This document shows positions 51,640 through 62,101 of a DNA stretch of 64,000 nt, in pieces; position 1 is the stretch's first letter; each line of letters begins with the position of its first letter. The stretch spans positions 2,528,001 through 2,592,000 of the forward strand of contig OZ251459.1 of assembly GCA_965242525.1 (NCBI GenBank), written 5' to 3'. Source of the stretch: an uncultured Candidatus Binatia bacterium (GTDB lineage Bacteria > Desulfobacterota > Binatia > UBA9968 > JAJDTQ01). The notes under the pieces are model-generated. The model made no database searches. It was not told where the DNA came from and saw nothing but the letters and a program-made list of their open reading frames with translations. The translations under genes were made by a program, and so were the position numbers.

Positions 51640-51697
51640 GCAAGGAGGCCGCGTCGCGGCGGCAGAGGCCCCTTCCTCCGGGGCGCCGCCCCGGTGA

Positions 51698-53209
51698 CTA
51701 GTCTTCGCTCTTCAGGAACTCCGCCAGCCGCTCGCCGATCACATATACGGTGGCGTTGGTGTTGGCGTGCACCACCGTGGGCATGACGGAGGCGTCCGCC
51801 ACCCACAGGTTGTCCAGTCCATGGACCCGCAGTCGTTGGTCCACCACCGCGGCGGGGTCTTCCGACGGCCCCATCTTGCAGGTGCCGGAACCGTGGAGAC
51901 CGCTGCTGTGGGTGGAGCGGGCGAAGGTTGCCCAGTCCTCGTCCGGACCCGGGGCCGCCAACGAGCCGTAGAATTCCTTCATGGGCGAGGTCCGGGCCAG
52001 CTCCCGGACGAACCCCATGGCCGACACCATCTTTTCCCGGTCAAGGGGGTCTTCCAGCAGCGCCGGTTCCACCACGGGGTCGTCTTTGGGGTCGGAGCTC
52101 TCGAGGCGGATCCGTCCCCGGGCCGTCTGCTCCAGCAGATTGATGCTCAGGGACAGCAGGGAGTCCATGTCCGGGAACTTCATGGGAGGGCGCAGGAGCA
52201 CGTAGAAGTCGGCGTGGTCGAGGCTCGGCGAGGTTCGCGCCATGAGGCGGACCTGCAGCCCGGTCCAGGGCGCGCCGAATTCCCCGAGGGCCTTGAACGT
52301 CATGTGGACCATCGCGTGGTCCTGGAAGTTCTCACCGACGCCCTCCAGCGGGTGGGTTACCTCGACGCCGAGTCGTTCGAGGGCCGCGGGCGGGCCGATA
52401 CCCGACAACAGCAGGACTTGCGGGCTGCGATAGACTCCCGCGGCCAGCACCACGTGTTGGGCGGCGGCGGTGTGGACCACGCCGTCCCTTTCGTAGCGCA
52501 CGCCGTCCACCCGAGTGCCGGAGACCGTCAAGGCGAGCACCGAAGCCTCCGCCCGGACGGTGAGGTTCGGACGCCCGCAGGCGGGGGCGAGATGGCTCAC
52601 CACCGCAGACTGGCGCCTGCCGTCCCTGACGTTGCGCACGCTCGGGCCGACGCCCGAGGGATCGGCGATGTTCGTGTCCGGGAGGCTTGGCAGCCCCATC
52701 TCCATGGCGCCGTCGATACAGGCCCGGGTCACCGGAGACAGGTCCGACGCCAGGAGGAAGGGTCGCTTGACGTACACGGGTCCGGCGTTGCCGTGGTTCG
52801 GGTCGTCGGGGAAGTCCTGATCCGTTTCGATGCGCTTCAACACCGCGTGGACCGCCTCCCAGGACCAGTCCGGGTTCCCTTCCGCAACCCACGTTTCCAT
52901 GTCGTGCCGCGTGGGCCAGACGTAGCCCATGGCGTTGACCGACGAGCCGCCGCCCATGATCCTTCCGACTGTGAGGGGGAACGAGCTGCCGTCGATGGGT
53001 CGCCGGGTCGTCAACATCTCCACGAAGGGAGTCTCCGACCACACCCGGTACCAACTGGCGGCGTCCCGGATCACGTCCGGAATCGGCTGGGGATGGGGCG
53101 CGGCTTCCAGCAAAAGCACCCTCCGGCGCGGGTCCTCGCTGAGTCGGCCCGCGGCGACGCAGCCCCCGGAGCCGCCGCCGATGACGACGACGTCATAGTG
53201 TTCCGACAT
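51698..53209 (-). CDS. GMC oxidoreductase (choline dehydrogenase-like)
   Basis: GGGSGG, GGGSSVNAM, SPQVLLLSGIG, GTCKMG, DASVMP. Confidence 0.92.
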   Translation of the reverse strand: MSEHYDVVVIGGGSGGCVAAGRLSEDPRRRVLLLEAAPHPQPIPDVIRDAASWYRVWSETPFVEMLTTRRPIDGSSFPLTVGRIMGGGSSVNAMGYVWPTRHDMETWVAEGNPDWSWEAVHAVLKRIETDQDFPDDPNHGNAGPVYVKRPFLLASDLSPVTRACIDGAMEMGLPSLPDTNIADPSGVGPSVRNVRDGRRQSAVVSHLAPACGRPNLTVRAEASVLALTVSGTRVDGVRYERDGVVHTAAAQHVVLAAGVYRSPQVLLLSGIGPPAALERLGVEVTHPLEGVGENFQDHAMVHMTFKALGEFGAPWTGLQVRLMARTSPSLDHADFYVLLRPPMKFPDMDSLLSLSINLLEQTARGRIRLESSDPKDDPVVEPALLEDPLDREKMVSAMGFVRELARTSPMKEFYGSLAAPGPDEDWATFARSTHSSGLHGSGTCKMGPSEDPAAVVDQRLRVHGLDNLWVADASVMPTVVHANTNATVYVIGERLAEFLKSED

Positions 53210-53278
53210 GTTCGTCCTCCTCCGAGCCGGCGTCGAACCTTCGGTTTTCCCTGGAGCGAGGGCCGCGGCCCCACTTCG

Positions 53279-54679
53279 TCACTGTCGGGGGAGGGGGCAG
53301 ACCGCCTGTCTCCCGGGCGTGGCGATACTCGCGAGCACGCTTGCGTCCTCCAACTGCGCCGCGTTGCGGCAGGCTTCGATCATCTCCCGGGTCGATGCAG
53401 CGCCCAGCAGGGGGTCGGCGAGGGCGTGCACCTTGTCTTCCATGTCCTGGTCCGACAGCGGACGCTCCAGGCTTCCCGAAGCATGCTCGACCGCGGCTTC
53501 CACGGAACGGCCGCCCTGCAACCGTATCCGCACCACCGCGGCGGACTCGCTCACGGCGCCGTCCGCCGCGGCCGAGACCCGGTCGCGCAGGGCCATGATC
53601 TCGGGGTGGTTGACGGTTTCGTCCGAGAACTCGGCTACGCCGACCCGTCCGAGCGCGAGCGCGGCCGCGGCCGCGTGATATACGCTGAACTTGCCTTCGA
53701 GCCCGGTCCGCGGCGTCCGGTTCCCGGTGAGCTCCAGCACGAGCGGGTGGACTCGCAACTCCACGGCTTCGACGTCGCCGGCGGTGATCCCGTGTTCCCG
53801 TTTGAGCCGGATGCAGCCGTCGAGGCTCGGGTGGATCACCACGCCGCAAGGGTAGGGCTTGTAGGTGTTGCGCGCGATCTCGTAGCCGTCGCCGAGTCCT
53901 TCGCAGATGGCCGCGTAGTCCTGCTTGGCGGAGAGCACCGGGGCGAACCCCCTGGGCGCTTCGATGGCCCGCTCGGAGCTGGTGAACCCGCGGGCGGCGA
54001 GCAAGGCCGCGGACAGGCCGTTCTGGGCGGCCCGTCCGACGTGGAAAGGCTTGCACATGGTCCCGAACATCTCCCGCAGCCCTGCGGCCTGGGTGGCGGC
54101 CGCGCCCAGGGCCCAGCACATGCGCCGGCGGTCCAGTCCGAGCGCGCGGCCGGCAGCGGCAGCGGCCCCGAAGACCCCCGCGGTGGCGGTGATGTGCCAG
54201 CCCGCGTCGTAATGGTCGGGGTAAACTGCGTTGCCGATGCGGCACTCCACCTCCACCCCGAGGATCAGCGCATGGAGGAACTCCCCGCCGGAGACAGGCC
54301 GGTGCTCGGCCAGGGCCAGCAGCGCCGCGGCCACCGGCCCGGCGGGATGGATGATGGTGCGCAGGTGCGTGTCGTCGAAGTCGAACACGTGGGAGCTCAG
54401 GCCGTTGAGCAGCGCCGCATGGAGCGCATCCACCCGCTCCGTGCGGCCCAGCACCGACGCCTGGGGCTTCCCCATGAAGGGTCCCAGGGCCCGCAGCGCG
54501 ATGTCCACCGATTCGTGGCGCGAGCCGCCCACCGCGCAGCCCATCCAGTTGAGCAGCGTGCGCGCGGCTTCGCCGCGCACGGCGTCGGGGACGGAGCGGA
54601 ACTCCGACTCGCAGACCCACCGGGCCAAGCGTCCGGTCACTTCCAGGTTCGAGGCGCTCACGGGGGACTTTGGATCCAT
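53279..54679 (-). CDS. MmgE/PrpD family protein
   Basis: DFDDTH, IHP, GWHIT, KPFHVG, KPYPCG, KFS; start uncertain. Confidence 0.9.
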   Translation of the reverse strand: MDPKSPVSASNLEVTGRLARWVCESEFRSVPDAVRGEAARTLLNWMGCAVGGSRHESVDIALRALGPFMGKPQASVLGRTERVDALHAALLNGLSSHVFDFDDTHLRTIIHPAGPVAAALLALAEHRPVSGGEFLHALILGVEVECRIGNAVYPDHYDAGWHITATAGVFGAAAAAGRALGLDRRRMCWALGAAATQAAGLREMFGTMCKPFHVGRAAQNGLSAALLAARGFTSSERAIEAPRGFAPVLSAKQDYAAICEGLGDGYEIARNTYKPYPCGVVIHPSLDGCIRLKREHGITAGDVEAVELRVHPLVLELTGNRTPRTGLEGKFSVYHAAAAALALGRVGVAEFSDETVNHPEIMALRDRVSAAADGAVSESAAVVRIRLQGGRSVEAAVEHASGSLERPLSDQDMEDKVHALADPLLGAASTREMIEACRNAAQLEDASVLASIATPGRQAVCPLPRQ

Positions 54680-54867
54680 TCGGGAAAACGGCGCCGGACG
54701 GCGTCTCCGCTCGAAAGCCGGAGAGCGGTGTGGCGCTGCGGGACGGAGCGGAGCGGCCGCCGCGCCGTGGACCCACCCGCGCATGGGGCCGCCCCGCTCC
54801 TTGACAACGCGCCTTGGCGCCTTCAATGTTGATTCGGTAATATACCCCAAATCGACGGAGGTGTGAA

Positions 54868-55989
54868 ATGAACGTTGTTGACGCTGACGGCCACGTGGAA
54901 GAGTGCCTGGCGACCTTCGACGACGAATACCTCGACCCCGGGTTCCGGGGCCAGCGGCCTCGCGTGGTGGGCGTGGACGGCATGGCCTACTGGATGATCG
55001 ACGAGCAACTGTTCCCCCGCCGGGTGGGCCGGGGCTGCAACAACCTGGGCACGCCGGTCACCATCGACGGCAAGCCCGCGAAACACTCCGAAGGCAAGCC
55101 GGAAAGCGTCGGGAGCATGGAACTCACCAACATCCCCGAGCGGCTGGAGATCATGGACGAGGAAGACATCGCCGTGCAGGTGGTCTATCCGACCCTCTTC
55201 CTCGCCTATCCGCTCACCAGCAACACGGCGTTGGCCACCGCCCTGTGCGACTCCTACAACCGTTGGCTGGGAGACCGGTTGGGCGGCCACGACCGGATCA
55301 AGTGGGCCGCGGTGGTGAACCTGGACGACGTGGACGGCGCGGTGCGGTCGGTGCGCGAGGCCAGCGGGATGGGAGCGGTTTCGGTCATGGTGCTGGGCAC
55401 CGCGGGCGACCGGCTCCTGGACGAGGACGACCTGCTGCCGTTCTACGAGGCGGTGGAGGGAGAGAACCTCGCCCTGGGCGTCCACGTGGGCTGGTCCTGC
55501 CCGTCGGTGAACAACCTCTACTCGCACATCTATCCCTCCGGCGTCATCGCGTTCCACATGCCCGTCCTCATGGCGTGCACTTCCCTGATGGCCGGCGGCG
55601 TCCTCGACCGGTTCCCGGACATGCGGGTGGTGTTCCTGGAGGCGGGATGCATGTGGGTGCCCTTCATGCTCGACCGTCTGAAGCATCGCTACGAGAACCA
55701 GGGGGAGCTGCTGCTCAAGTTCATCCCCGAGACCGTCCCCAGGCAGGCGCTCCCGGCCATGGAGTACGTCAGGAAGGGCAACCTCTACTTCAGCGCGGAG
55801 ATCGAGGACTCCCTGCTGCCGCAGGTGATGGACCTGGTGGGGCAGGGACAGATCGTCACCGGAACGGACATGCCCCACGGCGACCGGGAACGCTATGCCG
55901 CGCGCATGCTGTGCGAGCGGACCGACATCTCCGACGCCGCCAAGGACGCCATCCTGGACTCCAACCCCAGGCGGCTCTACGGGCTGTGA
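54868..55989 (+). CDS. Amidohydrolase_2 family protein
   Basis: DADGHVEE, YNRW, GVHVG, FLEAG, TDMPHGD. Confidence 0.9.
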   Translation: MNVVDADGHVEECLATFDDEYLDPGFRGQRPRVVGVDGMAYWMIDEQLFPRRVGRGCNNLGTPVTIDGKPAKHSEGKPESVGSMELTNIPERLEIMDEEDIAVQVVYPTLFLAYPLTSNTALATALCDSYNRWLGDRLGGHDRIKWAAVVNLDDVDGAVRSVREASGMGAVSVMVLGTAGDRLLDEDDLLPFYEAVEGENLALGVHVGWSCPSVNNLYSHIYPSGVIAFHMPVLMACTSLMAGGVLDRFPDMRVVFLEAGCMWVPFMLDRLKHRYENQGELLLKFIPETVPRQALPAMEYVRKGNLYFSAEIEDSLLPQVMDLVGQGQIVTGTDMPHGDRERYAARMLCERTDISDAAKDAILDSNPRRLYGL

Positions 55990-56084
55990 GGCGGGGATGG
56001 CGCTGAAGGCTTCCCTCGGGGCCGGCTACGGCCGCCTGTTCGAGCACGAGTACGAACGGGACCCGTCCCCGGCGTGAAGTTGCA

Positions 56085-58676
56085 ATGGCATCCATGACCG
56101 GCATGTTCGAAGAGCGGTTGCAGTCATGTAGCTCCCCGATTCGGGGCTTGGCGGGCTGGATAGCTCTCGCCTCGTTCGTGGCGATGCTTTCCTCGTGCGG
56201 GGGAGGCGGCGGGACGTCGCCCCTTTCGGGACCGTCCCGGTCGGGGCCCTCGCCCGTGCCGGTGCCGCCCGCGCTGCCGCCCGCAGCACCGCCATCACAG
56301 CCATCACAGCCGGAGCCGACACAGCCGACACAGCCACAGCCGACACCGGCGCCGCCATCACAGCCGGCGCCATCTCCACCGCAGACGGCGGGCACTACGG
56401 TGCGCGCGTTTGCTTCGGAGGTTCGCTACACCTCCCCTGCGGGCCACCCCAGGCCGGCGACCACCATCTACAGGGCCGAAACCCTGGAGCCTGCGACGAA
56501 CCCCCGGACCGCCAGTTCCTGGGAGACCAGCGAGTACAACGCCCAGGCCGGCCTGGGGTTGATCCGCGCAAGCACGGGATACGCGGCGCGCACCACCGGG
56601 CGGCCGGGCGGCGGCGGCAAGACCATCGCCATCGTTGACCAACTGATCCCCGTTGACGACCACGAGTCCGTCGGCCATCCCGATTTGCAGGGCGCGAGGG
56701 CGGTGACCATCTCGGGACGGGGAATTACCGGCACCCACGGAGCGCGCGTCGCCGGAGTCGCCGCCGCCCGGCGCAACGGATTCGGGATGCACGGGGTCGC
56801 CTACAACGCGAACATCGTCAACATCCCTTCCTCCGACAGCCGGAGGAGGGACTTCGAGGCGATCATGGCGTCCATCGCCGGCCTGACCGGGCGTTACGTG
56901 GAATGGGACTCCAGGCCCGGGGCGAGCGCCCATGTCGCGAACTTCAGCCTCGTCGTGAGGATAGGGGGCGGGCGCGACATCGAGCCCGTCAGGAGGGGGA
57001 TGCGGCTCATGGCCCGGGAGGGCCGCGTGATCACCGCTTCCGCGGGGAACCTGGGGGCGCGTGACCCGACGTCCTATCCTTCCCTCGGAGTGGCGGACGA
57101 GGGGGTCGCGGGGTGGGCCATCGCGGTGGGCTCGCTGGACGCGACGGGCGAGGCCGCGTCGTCGTCGAGCAACCGGTGCGGCAGGGTCAAGAGGTGGTGC
57201 CTGTTCGCGCCGGGGGACGGAATCAACTCCACCAGCGGCGAGTACTTCGGTACGCTCCGGAACTATCAGGTCAGTTCGGGCACGTCCTTCGCCGCGCCGC
57301 ACGTGGCCGGGGCCGTGGCCGCGGTCTGGGGCGCGTTTCCGAACAAGACCGGCACGCAGATCGTCGATCGCATCCTGAGCACCGCCCGGCAAGTGGACTC
57401 CGCAAACGGCGCTTACGACGCCGACGGCCTTTCCGCCATCTACGGCCATGGCGCCCTCGACCTCGGCGCGGCGATGAACCCGGTGGGCTTCACCAGCCTG
57501 GCGGTGGGCGGCTCCGGGACGGTCCCGGTGCGGCGGAGTTTCGTCTCCCTGCCGCCGGGATTCCGGCATCGCCCCACCGCGGCGCTGCGGGACGCCATCG
57601 TCTATGACACCCAGATGTTCCCGTTCCTGCACGACCTGAACGGCGCGGTTCGAGCGCACCGCTGGCGTTCGGCCGCGAGCGCGGTGGACGATTTCCTGTC
57701 CCTGCGGCGCTACGTCCGGTGGGCGTCGCGTCCGGGCCGCCGGACCCGGTTGGAGTTGGCGGGGCCGCAACGGGACCGCACCGGCCGGGACCCGTCGGAT
57801 GAGGTGCGCGGCCCCCAGTTTCTCGTGTCGGCAACGTCGGCCCTGTCGTTCCGGTTCGGTCCGAGCTTCGGAGTCCGGGGGGTTTCGAACGACTTCGTGG
57901 CCCGGCGCCTGGGGCGGGGCTTGTTCGGGGAGGGGTTCGTGGTGGGGCCGTTCACGGAGTTGGTGGGGAAAGGCGCGGCGCTGGGGGTGGACTGGCGTGG
58001 GGACGAGCGCACGCGGCTGGACTTGGTGGGGAAGGCGGGGTCGGGTTATTTCGGCGATGGACGGGCGTGGCTGGCTTCGTTCGGGGTGACCCGGGGGTTG
58101 GGGTCCGGCCTGAGTCTGGGGGCGCGCTACGGAGCGTTGCGGGAGCGGGGTTCGCTGCTGGGCATCCGGGGGAGCGGCGCGTTCCGGGGGGCTTCGGGTG
58201 GACACACGGACTTCGTGGACCTGGGGGTGGAGTGGCAGGCCGCATCCGGCCCGGTGTTTTTCGGCAGCGTCGGTCGTGGGTTGACGAAGGGCGAAGCGGG
58301 CGGCCCCGGGTCGCTGATAACGGGGTGGAGGGGAGGCCGTGGGGAGTCGTTCGCGCTGGGAGGCGAGTGGACGGACGTGTGGCGTGATGCGGACCGTCTG
58401 ACCCTGTCGGCGTCTTCGCCGTTGCGTCCGCGGGGAGCGGGGATGTACGTGGACGTGCCGGACCGGGAGTTGGGGGACGGAGTGGTGGGGTACACGCGGC
58501 ATTGGGTGGACCTGTCGCCTCGGGGTCGGGAATTGCGGTTGCAACTGGTGTACGAGACGGACATGGCCCCGGGAGCGGCGTTGACCCTGGGCAGTTTCCT
58601 GCGGCTGCAACCGGACCACGACCCGAGGGCGGCGTCGGAATACGGGGCGGCCGCAAGACTGCGGGTGGATTTCTGA
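56085..58676 (+). CDS. Subtilase (S8) lipoprotein with a C-terminal beta-domain, copy 1
   Basis: Lipobox LSSC, Pro/Gln linker, IAIVD, HGARVAG, SAGN, GTSFAAPHVAG, C-terminal RVDF. Confidence 0.88.
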   Translation: MASMTGMFEERLQSCSSPIRGLAGWIALASFVAMLSSCGGGGGTSPLSGPSRSGPSPVPVPPALPPAAPPSQPSQPEPTQPTQPQPTPAPPSQPAPSPPQTAGTTVRAFASEVRYTSPAGHPRPATTIYRAETLEPATNPRTASSWETSEYNAQAGLGLIRASTGYAARTTGRPGGGGKTIAIVDQLIPVDDHESVGHPDLQGARAVTISGRGITGTHGARVAGVAAARRNGFGMHGVAYNANIVNIPSSDSRRRDFEAIMASIAGLTGRYVEWDSRPGASAHVANFSLVVRIGGGRDIEPVRRGMRLMAREGRVITASAGNLGARDPTSYPSLGVADEGVAGWAIAVGSLDATGEAASSSSNRCGRVKRWCLFAPGDGINSTSGEYFGTLRNYQVSSGTSFAAPHVAGAVAAVWGAFPNKTGTQIVDRILSTARQVDSANGAYDADGLSAIYGHGALDLGAAMNPVGFTSLAVGGSGTVPVRRSFVSLPPGFRHRPTAALRDAIVYDTQMFPFLHDLNGAVRAHRWRSAASAVDDFLSLRRYVRWASRPGRRTRLELAGPQRDRTGRDPSDEVRGPQFLVSATSALSFRFGPSFGVRGVSNDFVARRLGRGLFGEGFVVGPFTELVGKGAALGVDWRGDERTRLDLVGKAGSGYFGDGRAWLASFGVTRGLGSGLSLGARYGALRERGSLLGIRGSGAFRGASGGHTDFVDLGVEWQAASGPVFFGSVGRGLTKGEAGGPGSLITGWRGGRGESFALGGEWTDVWRDADRLTLSASSPLRPRGAGMYVDVPDRELGDGVVGYTRHWVDLSPRGRELRLQLVYETDMAPGAALTLGSFLRLQPDHDPRAASEYGAAARLRVDF

Positions 58677-58822
58677 CGGGAGCGTTCTCGCGCCGGACGC
58701 CTGACAACCTCCCGGGGAAGGCGACGAGTCCGGGGCCGCATGGCCTTCGGAAGATGTTGACACGGGGCCGTCCTCGACCCGCACTCGAGGAAGCAAGCCA
58801 GACCTGACAGGGGGAACGATCG

Positions 58823-59233
58823 GTGACCCGGAAGCATCTCTTGCAGGAAACGGCGGCGTGCGGCAAGTACGCCCCGCTCCACCGCCATCTTCTCGCTCTC
58901 CACACGGCGCCGGAATGGCGTGCCTCGTTCGGCGAGGTCGAGGCGATCCTGGGCTTTCGCCTGCCGGACTCCGCACGACTGCACCGCCCCTGGTGGTCGA
59001 ACCGGAAAAGCGACCGCGGCCACAGCCATGCGCTCGCCTGGCAGGCGGCAGGATGGCGGACCCGCGCTGTCGATCTCGAAGCGGAGAGGCTGACCTTCGA
59101 GCGCACGGACGACGCACCCTCCCGGCGCGGTGCGTTCTCGGTCTCGGAGATCCTGCCCCCTCACGACCCCGGTCCGTGGCCCCGGGGCTTTACCGCGAGC
59201 CGCGAGCAGATCTACGGCGACGACGTCCGCTGA
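58823..59233 (+). CDS. Small protein with a KYxPL...F.E.E..LG..LP.SA...WW.N domain (DUF7662-like) fused to an antitoxin-like tail
   Basis: Motif recognition; tail PWP...SREQIYGDD resembles antitoxins found upstream of PIN toxins. Confidence 0.65.
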   Translation: MTRKHLLQETAACGKYAPLHRHLLALHTAPEWRASFGEVEAILGFRLPDSARLHRPWWSNRKSDRGHSHALAWQAAGWRTRAVDLEAERLTFERTDDAPSRRGAFSVSEILPPHDPGPWPRGFTASREQIYGDDVR

Positions 59234-59239
59234 CCGGCC

Positions 59240-59398
59240 GTGTTCATCGACACCAACGTTCTCGTCGCGGTCCGGTTCGTGACCGCGCCCCATCATGCGA
59301 GGGCCCGTGCGAGCGTCGATCGCGCTGGCGGCGGTGCGGAACCCCTGCGCATCAGCCGTCAAGTCTTGCGCGAGTCAAGGCCCAAGTCCCCGGCATGA
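59240..59398 (+). pseudogene. Truncated PIN/VapC toxin
   Basis: VFIDTNVLV...ISRQVLRE, then a stop supplied by the start of the duplicated S8 unit. Confidence 0.75.
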
Positions 59399-59405
59399 AG
59401 TTGCA

Positions 59406-62033
59406 ATGGCCTCCATGACCGGCGTGTTCGAAGAACGGTTGCAGTCATGCGGCTCCCCGATTCGGGGCATGTCGGGCTGGATAGCTCTCGCCTCGTTCGT
59501 GGCAATGCTTTCCGCGTGCGGGGGAGGCGGCGGGACGTCGTCCGTTTCGGCGCCGTCCCGGTCGGGGCCCTCGCCCGCGCCGATACCCGCGCCGCCGCCC
59601 GCAGCACCGCCGACACAGCCATCACAGCCATCACAGCCATCACAGCCGGCGCCGACACCGGCGCCGCCATCACAGCCGGCGCCATCTCCACCGCCCCCGC
59701 CGTCCCCGGCGCCCGCACCACCGTCGCCACCCCCACCACCGGCGCAGGCGGCGGGCACTACGGTGCGCGCGTTTGCTTCGGAGGTCCGCTACACCTCTCC
59801 GGCGGGCCATCCCAGGCAGGCGACCACCACCTACAGGGCCGAAACCCTGGAGCCTGCGACGAACCCCCGGACCGCCAGTTCCTGGGAGACCAGCGAGTAC
59901 AACGCCCAAGCCGGCCTGGGGCTGATCCGCGCCAGCACGGGATACGCGGCGCGCACCACCGGGCGGCCGGGCGGCGGCGGCAGGACCATCGCCATCGTTG
60001 ACCAGCTAATCCCCGTTGACGATGCCGAGTCCGTCGGCCATCCCGATTTGCAGGGCGTGGAGACGGTGACCGTCTCGGGACGGGGAAGCAGCGGCTCCCA
60101 CGGAACGCGCATCGCCGGAGTCGCCGCCGCCCGGCGCAACGGATTCGGGATGCACGGGGTCGCCTACAACGCGAACATCGTCAACATCCCCTACGCCGAC
60201 GACGGCCGGAGGGACTTCGAGGCGATCATGGCGTCCATCGCCGGCCTGACCGGGCGTTACGTGGAATGGGACTCCAGGCCCGAGGCGAGCGCCCATGTCG
60301 GGAGCTTCAGCATCGGCGTGAGGGGGCCGCGCGACATCGAGCCCGCCAGGAGGGGGATGCGGCTCATGGCCCGGGAGGGCCGCGTGATCACCGCTTCCGC
60401 GGGGAACGAGGGTGGCGCGGACCCGGCGCACTATCCTTCCCTCGGAGTGGCGGACGAGGGCGTCGCGGGGTGGGGCATCGTGGTGGGCGCGCTGGACGCG
60501 ACGGGCGAGGCCGCGGCGTCGTGGAGCAACCGGTGCGGCAGGGTCAAGAGGTGGTGCCTGTTCGCGCCGGGGACGGACATCAACTCCACCAGCGGCGTTT
60601 ACTTCGGTACGAGCCGGAATTATCAGGCCAGTTCGGGCACGTCCTTCGCCGCGCCGCACGTGGCCGGGGCCGTGGCCGCGGTATGGGGCGCGTTTCCGAA
60701 CAAGACCGGCACGCAGATCGTCGATCGCATCCTGAGCACCGCCCGGCAGGTGGACACCGCGAACGGCGCTTACGACGCCGACGGCCTTTCCGCCATCTAC
60801 GGCCACGGCGCCCTCGACCTCGGCGCGGCGATGAACCCGGTGGGCTTCACCAGCCTGGCGGTGGGCGGTTCCGGGACGGTCCCGGTGCGGCGGAGCTTCG
60901 TCTCCCTGCCGCCGGGCTTCCGGCATCGCCCCACCGCGGCGCTGCGGGACGCCATCGTCTATGACACGCAGATGTTCCCGTTCCTGCACGACCTGAACGG
61001 CGCGGTTCGAGCGCACCGCTGGCGTTCGGCCGCGAGCGCGGTGGATGATTTCCTGTCCCTGCGGCGCTACGTCCGGTGGGCGTCGCGTCCGGGGCGCCGG
61101 ACCCGGTTGGAGTCGGCAGGGTCGCAACGGGACCGCACCGCCCGGGACCCGTCGGACGAGGTACGCGGCCCCCAGTTTCTCGTGTCGGCAACGCCGGCCC
61201 TGTCGTTCCGGTTCGGTCCGAGCTTCGGAGTCCGGGGGGTTTCGAACGACTTCGTGGCCCGGCGCCTGGGGCGGGGCTTGTTCGGGGAGGGGTTCGTGGT
61301 GGGGCCGTTCACGGAGTTGGTGGGGAAAGGCGCGGCGCTGGGGGTGGACTGGCGTGGGGACGAGCGCACGCGGCTGGACTTGGTGGGGAAGACGGGGTCG
61401 GGTTATTTCGGGGACGGTCGGGCGTGGCTGGCTTCGTTCGGGGTGACCCGGGGGTTGGGGTCCGGCCTGAGTCTGGGGGCGCGCTACGGGGCGTTGCGGG
61501 AGCGGGGTTCGCTGCTGGGCATCCGGGGGAGCGGTGCGTTCGGTGGGGCTTCGGGTGGGCGCACGGACTTCGTGGACCTGGGGGTGGAGTGGCAGGTCGC
61601 ATCCGGCCCGGTGTTCTTCGGCAGCGTCGGTCGGGGTTCGACGAAGGGCGAAGCGGGCGGTTCCGGGTCGCTGATAACGGGTTGGCGGGGAGGCCGTGGC
61701 GAGTCGTTCGCGTTGGGAGGCGAGTGGTCGGACGTGTGGCGTGATGCGGACCGTCTGACCCTGTCGGCGTCTTCGCCGTTGCGTACGCGGGGGGCGGGGA
61801 TGTACGTGGACGTGCCGGACCGGGAGTTGGGGGACGGAGTGGTGGGGTACACGCGGCATTGGGTGGACCTGTCGCCTCGGGGTCGGGAAGTGCGGTTGCA
61901 ACTGGTGTACGAGACGGACATGGCGCCGGGTGCGGCGTTGACCCTGGGCAGCTTCCTGCGGCTGCACCCGGACCACGACCCGGGGGCGGCGTCGGAATAC
62001 GGCGCGGCCGCAAGACTGCGGGTGGATTTCTGA
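59406..62033 (+). CDS. Subtilase (S8) lipoprotein, copy 2
   Basis: Highly similar to copy 1; lipobox LSAC; same catalytic motifs. Confidence 0.88.
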   Translation: MASMTGVFEERLQSCGSPIRGMSGWIALASFVAMLSACGGGGGTSSVSAPSRSGPSPAPIPAPPPAAPPTQPSQPSQPSQPAPTPAPPSQPAPSPPPPPSPAPAPPSPPPPPAQAAGTTVRAFASEVRYTSPAGHPRQATTTYRAETLEPATNPRTASSWETSEYNAQAGLGLIRASTGYAARTTGRPGGGGRTIAIVDQLIPVDDAESVGHPDLQGVETVTVSGRGSSGSHGTRIAGVAAARRNGFGMHGVAYNANIVNIPYADDGRRDFEAIMASIAGLTGRYVEWDSRPEASAHVGSFSIGVRGPRDIEPARRGMRLMAREGRVITASAGNEGGADPAHYPSLGVADEGVAGWGIVVGALDATGEAAASWSNRCGRVKRWCLFAPGTDINSTSGVYFGTSRNYQASSGTSFAAPHVAGAVAAVWGAFPNKTGTQIVDRILSTARQVDTANGAYDADGLSAIYGHGALDLGAAMNPVGFTSLAVGGSGTVPVRRSFVSLPPGFRHRPTAALRDAIVYDTQMFPFLHDLNGAVRAHRWRSAASAVDDFLSLRRYVRWASRPGRRTRLESAGSQRDRTARDPSDEVRGPQFLVSATPALSFRFGPSFGVRGVSNDFVARRLGRGLFGEGFVVGPFTELVGKGAALGVDWRGDERTRLDLVGKTGSGYFGDGRAWLASFGVTRGLGSGLSLGARYGALRERGSLLGIRGSGAFGGASGGRTDFVDLGVEWQVASGPVFFGSVGRGSTKGEAGGSGSLITGWRGGRGESFALGGEWSDVWRDADRLTLSASSPLRTRGAGMYVDVPDRELGDGVVGYTRHWVDLSPRGREVRLQLVYETDMAPGAALTLGSFLRLHPDHDPGAASEYGAAARLRVDF

Positions 62034-62101
62034 CGGGAGCGTTCCCGCGCCGGACGCCTGACGACCGTATCCTGCGCATTCGTGAAGGAACGGTGAAGTC
62101 C

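Noticed and set aside
58676-59400. Integron cassette array
   Set aside because: No integrase and no convincing attC (RYYYAAC...GTTRRRY) sites seen
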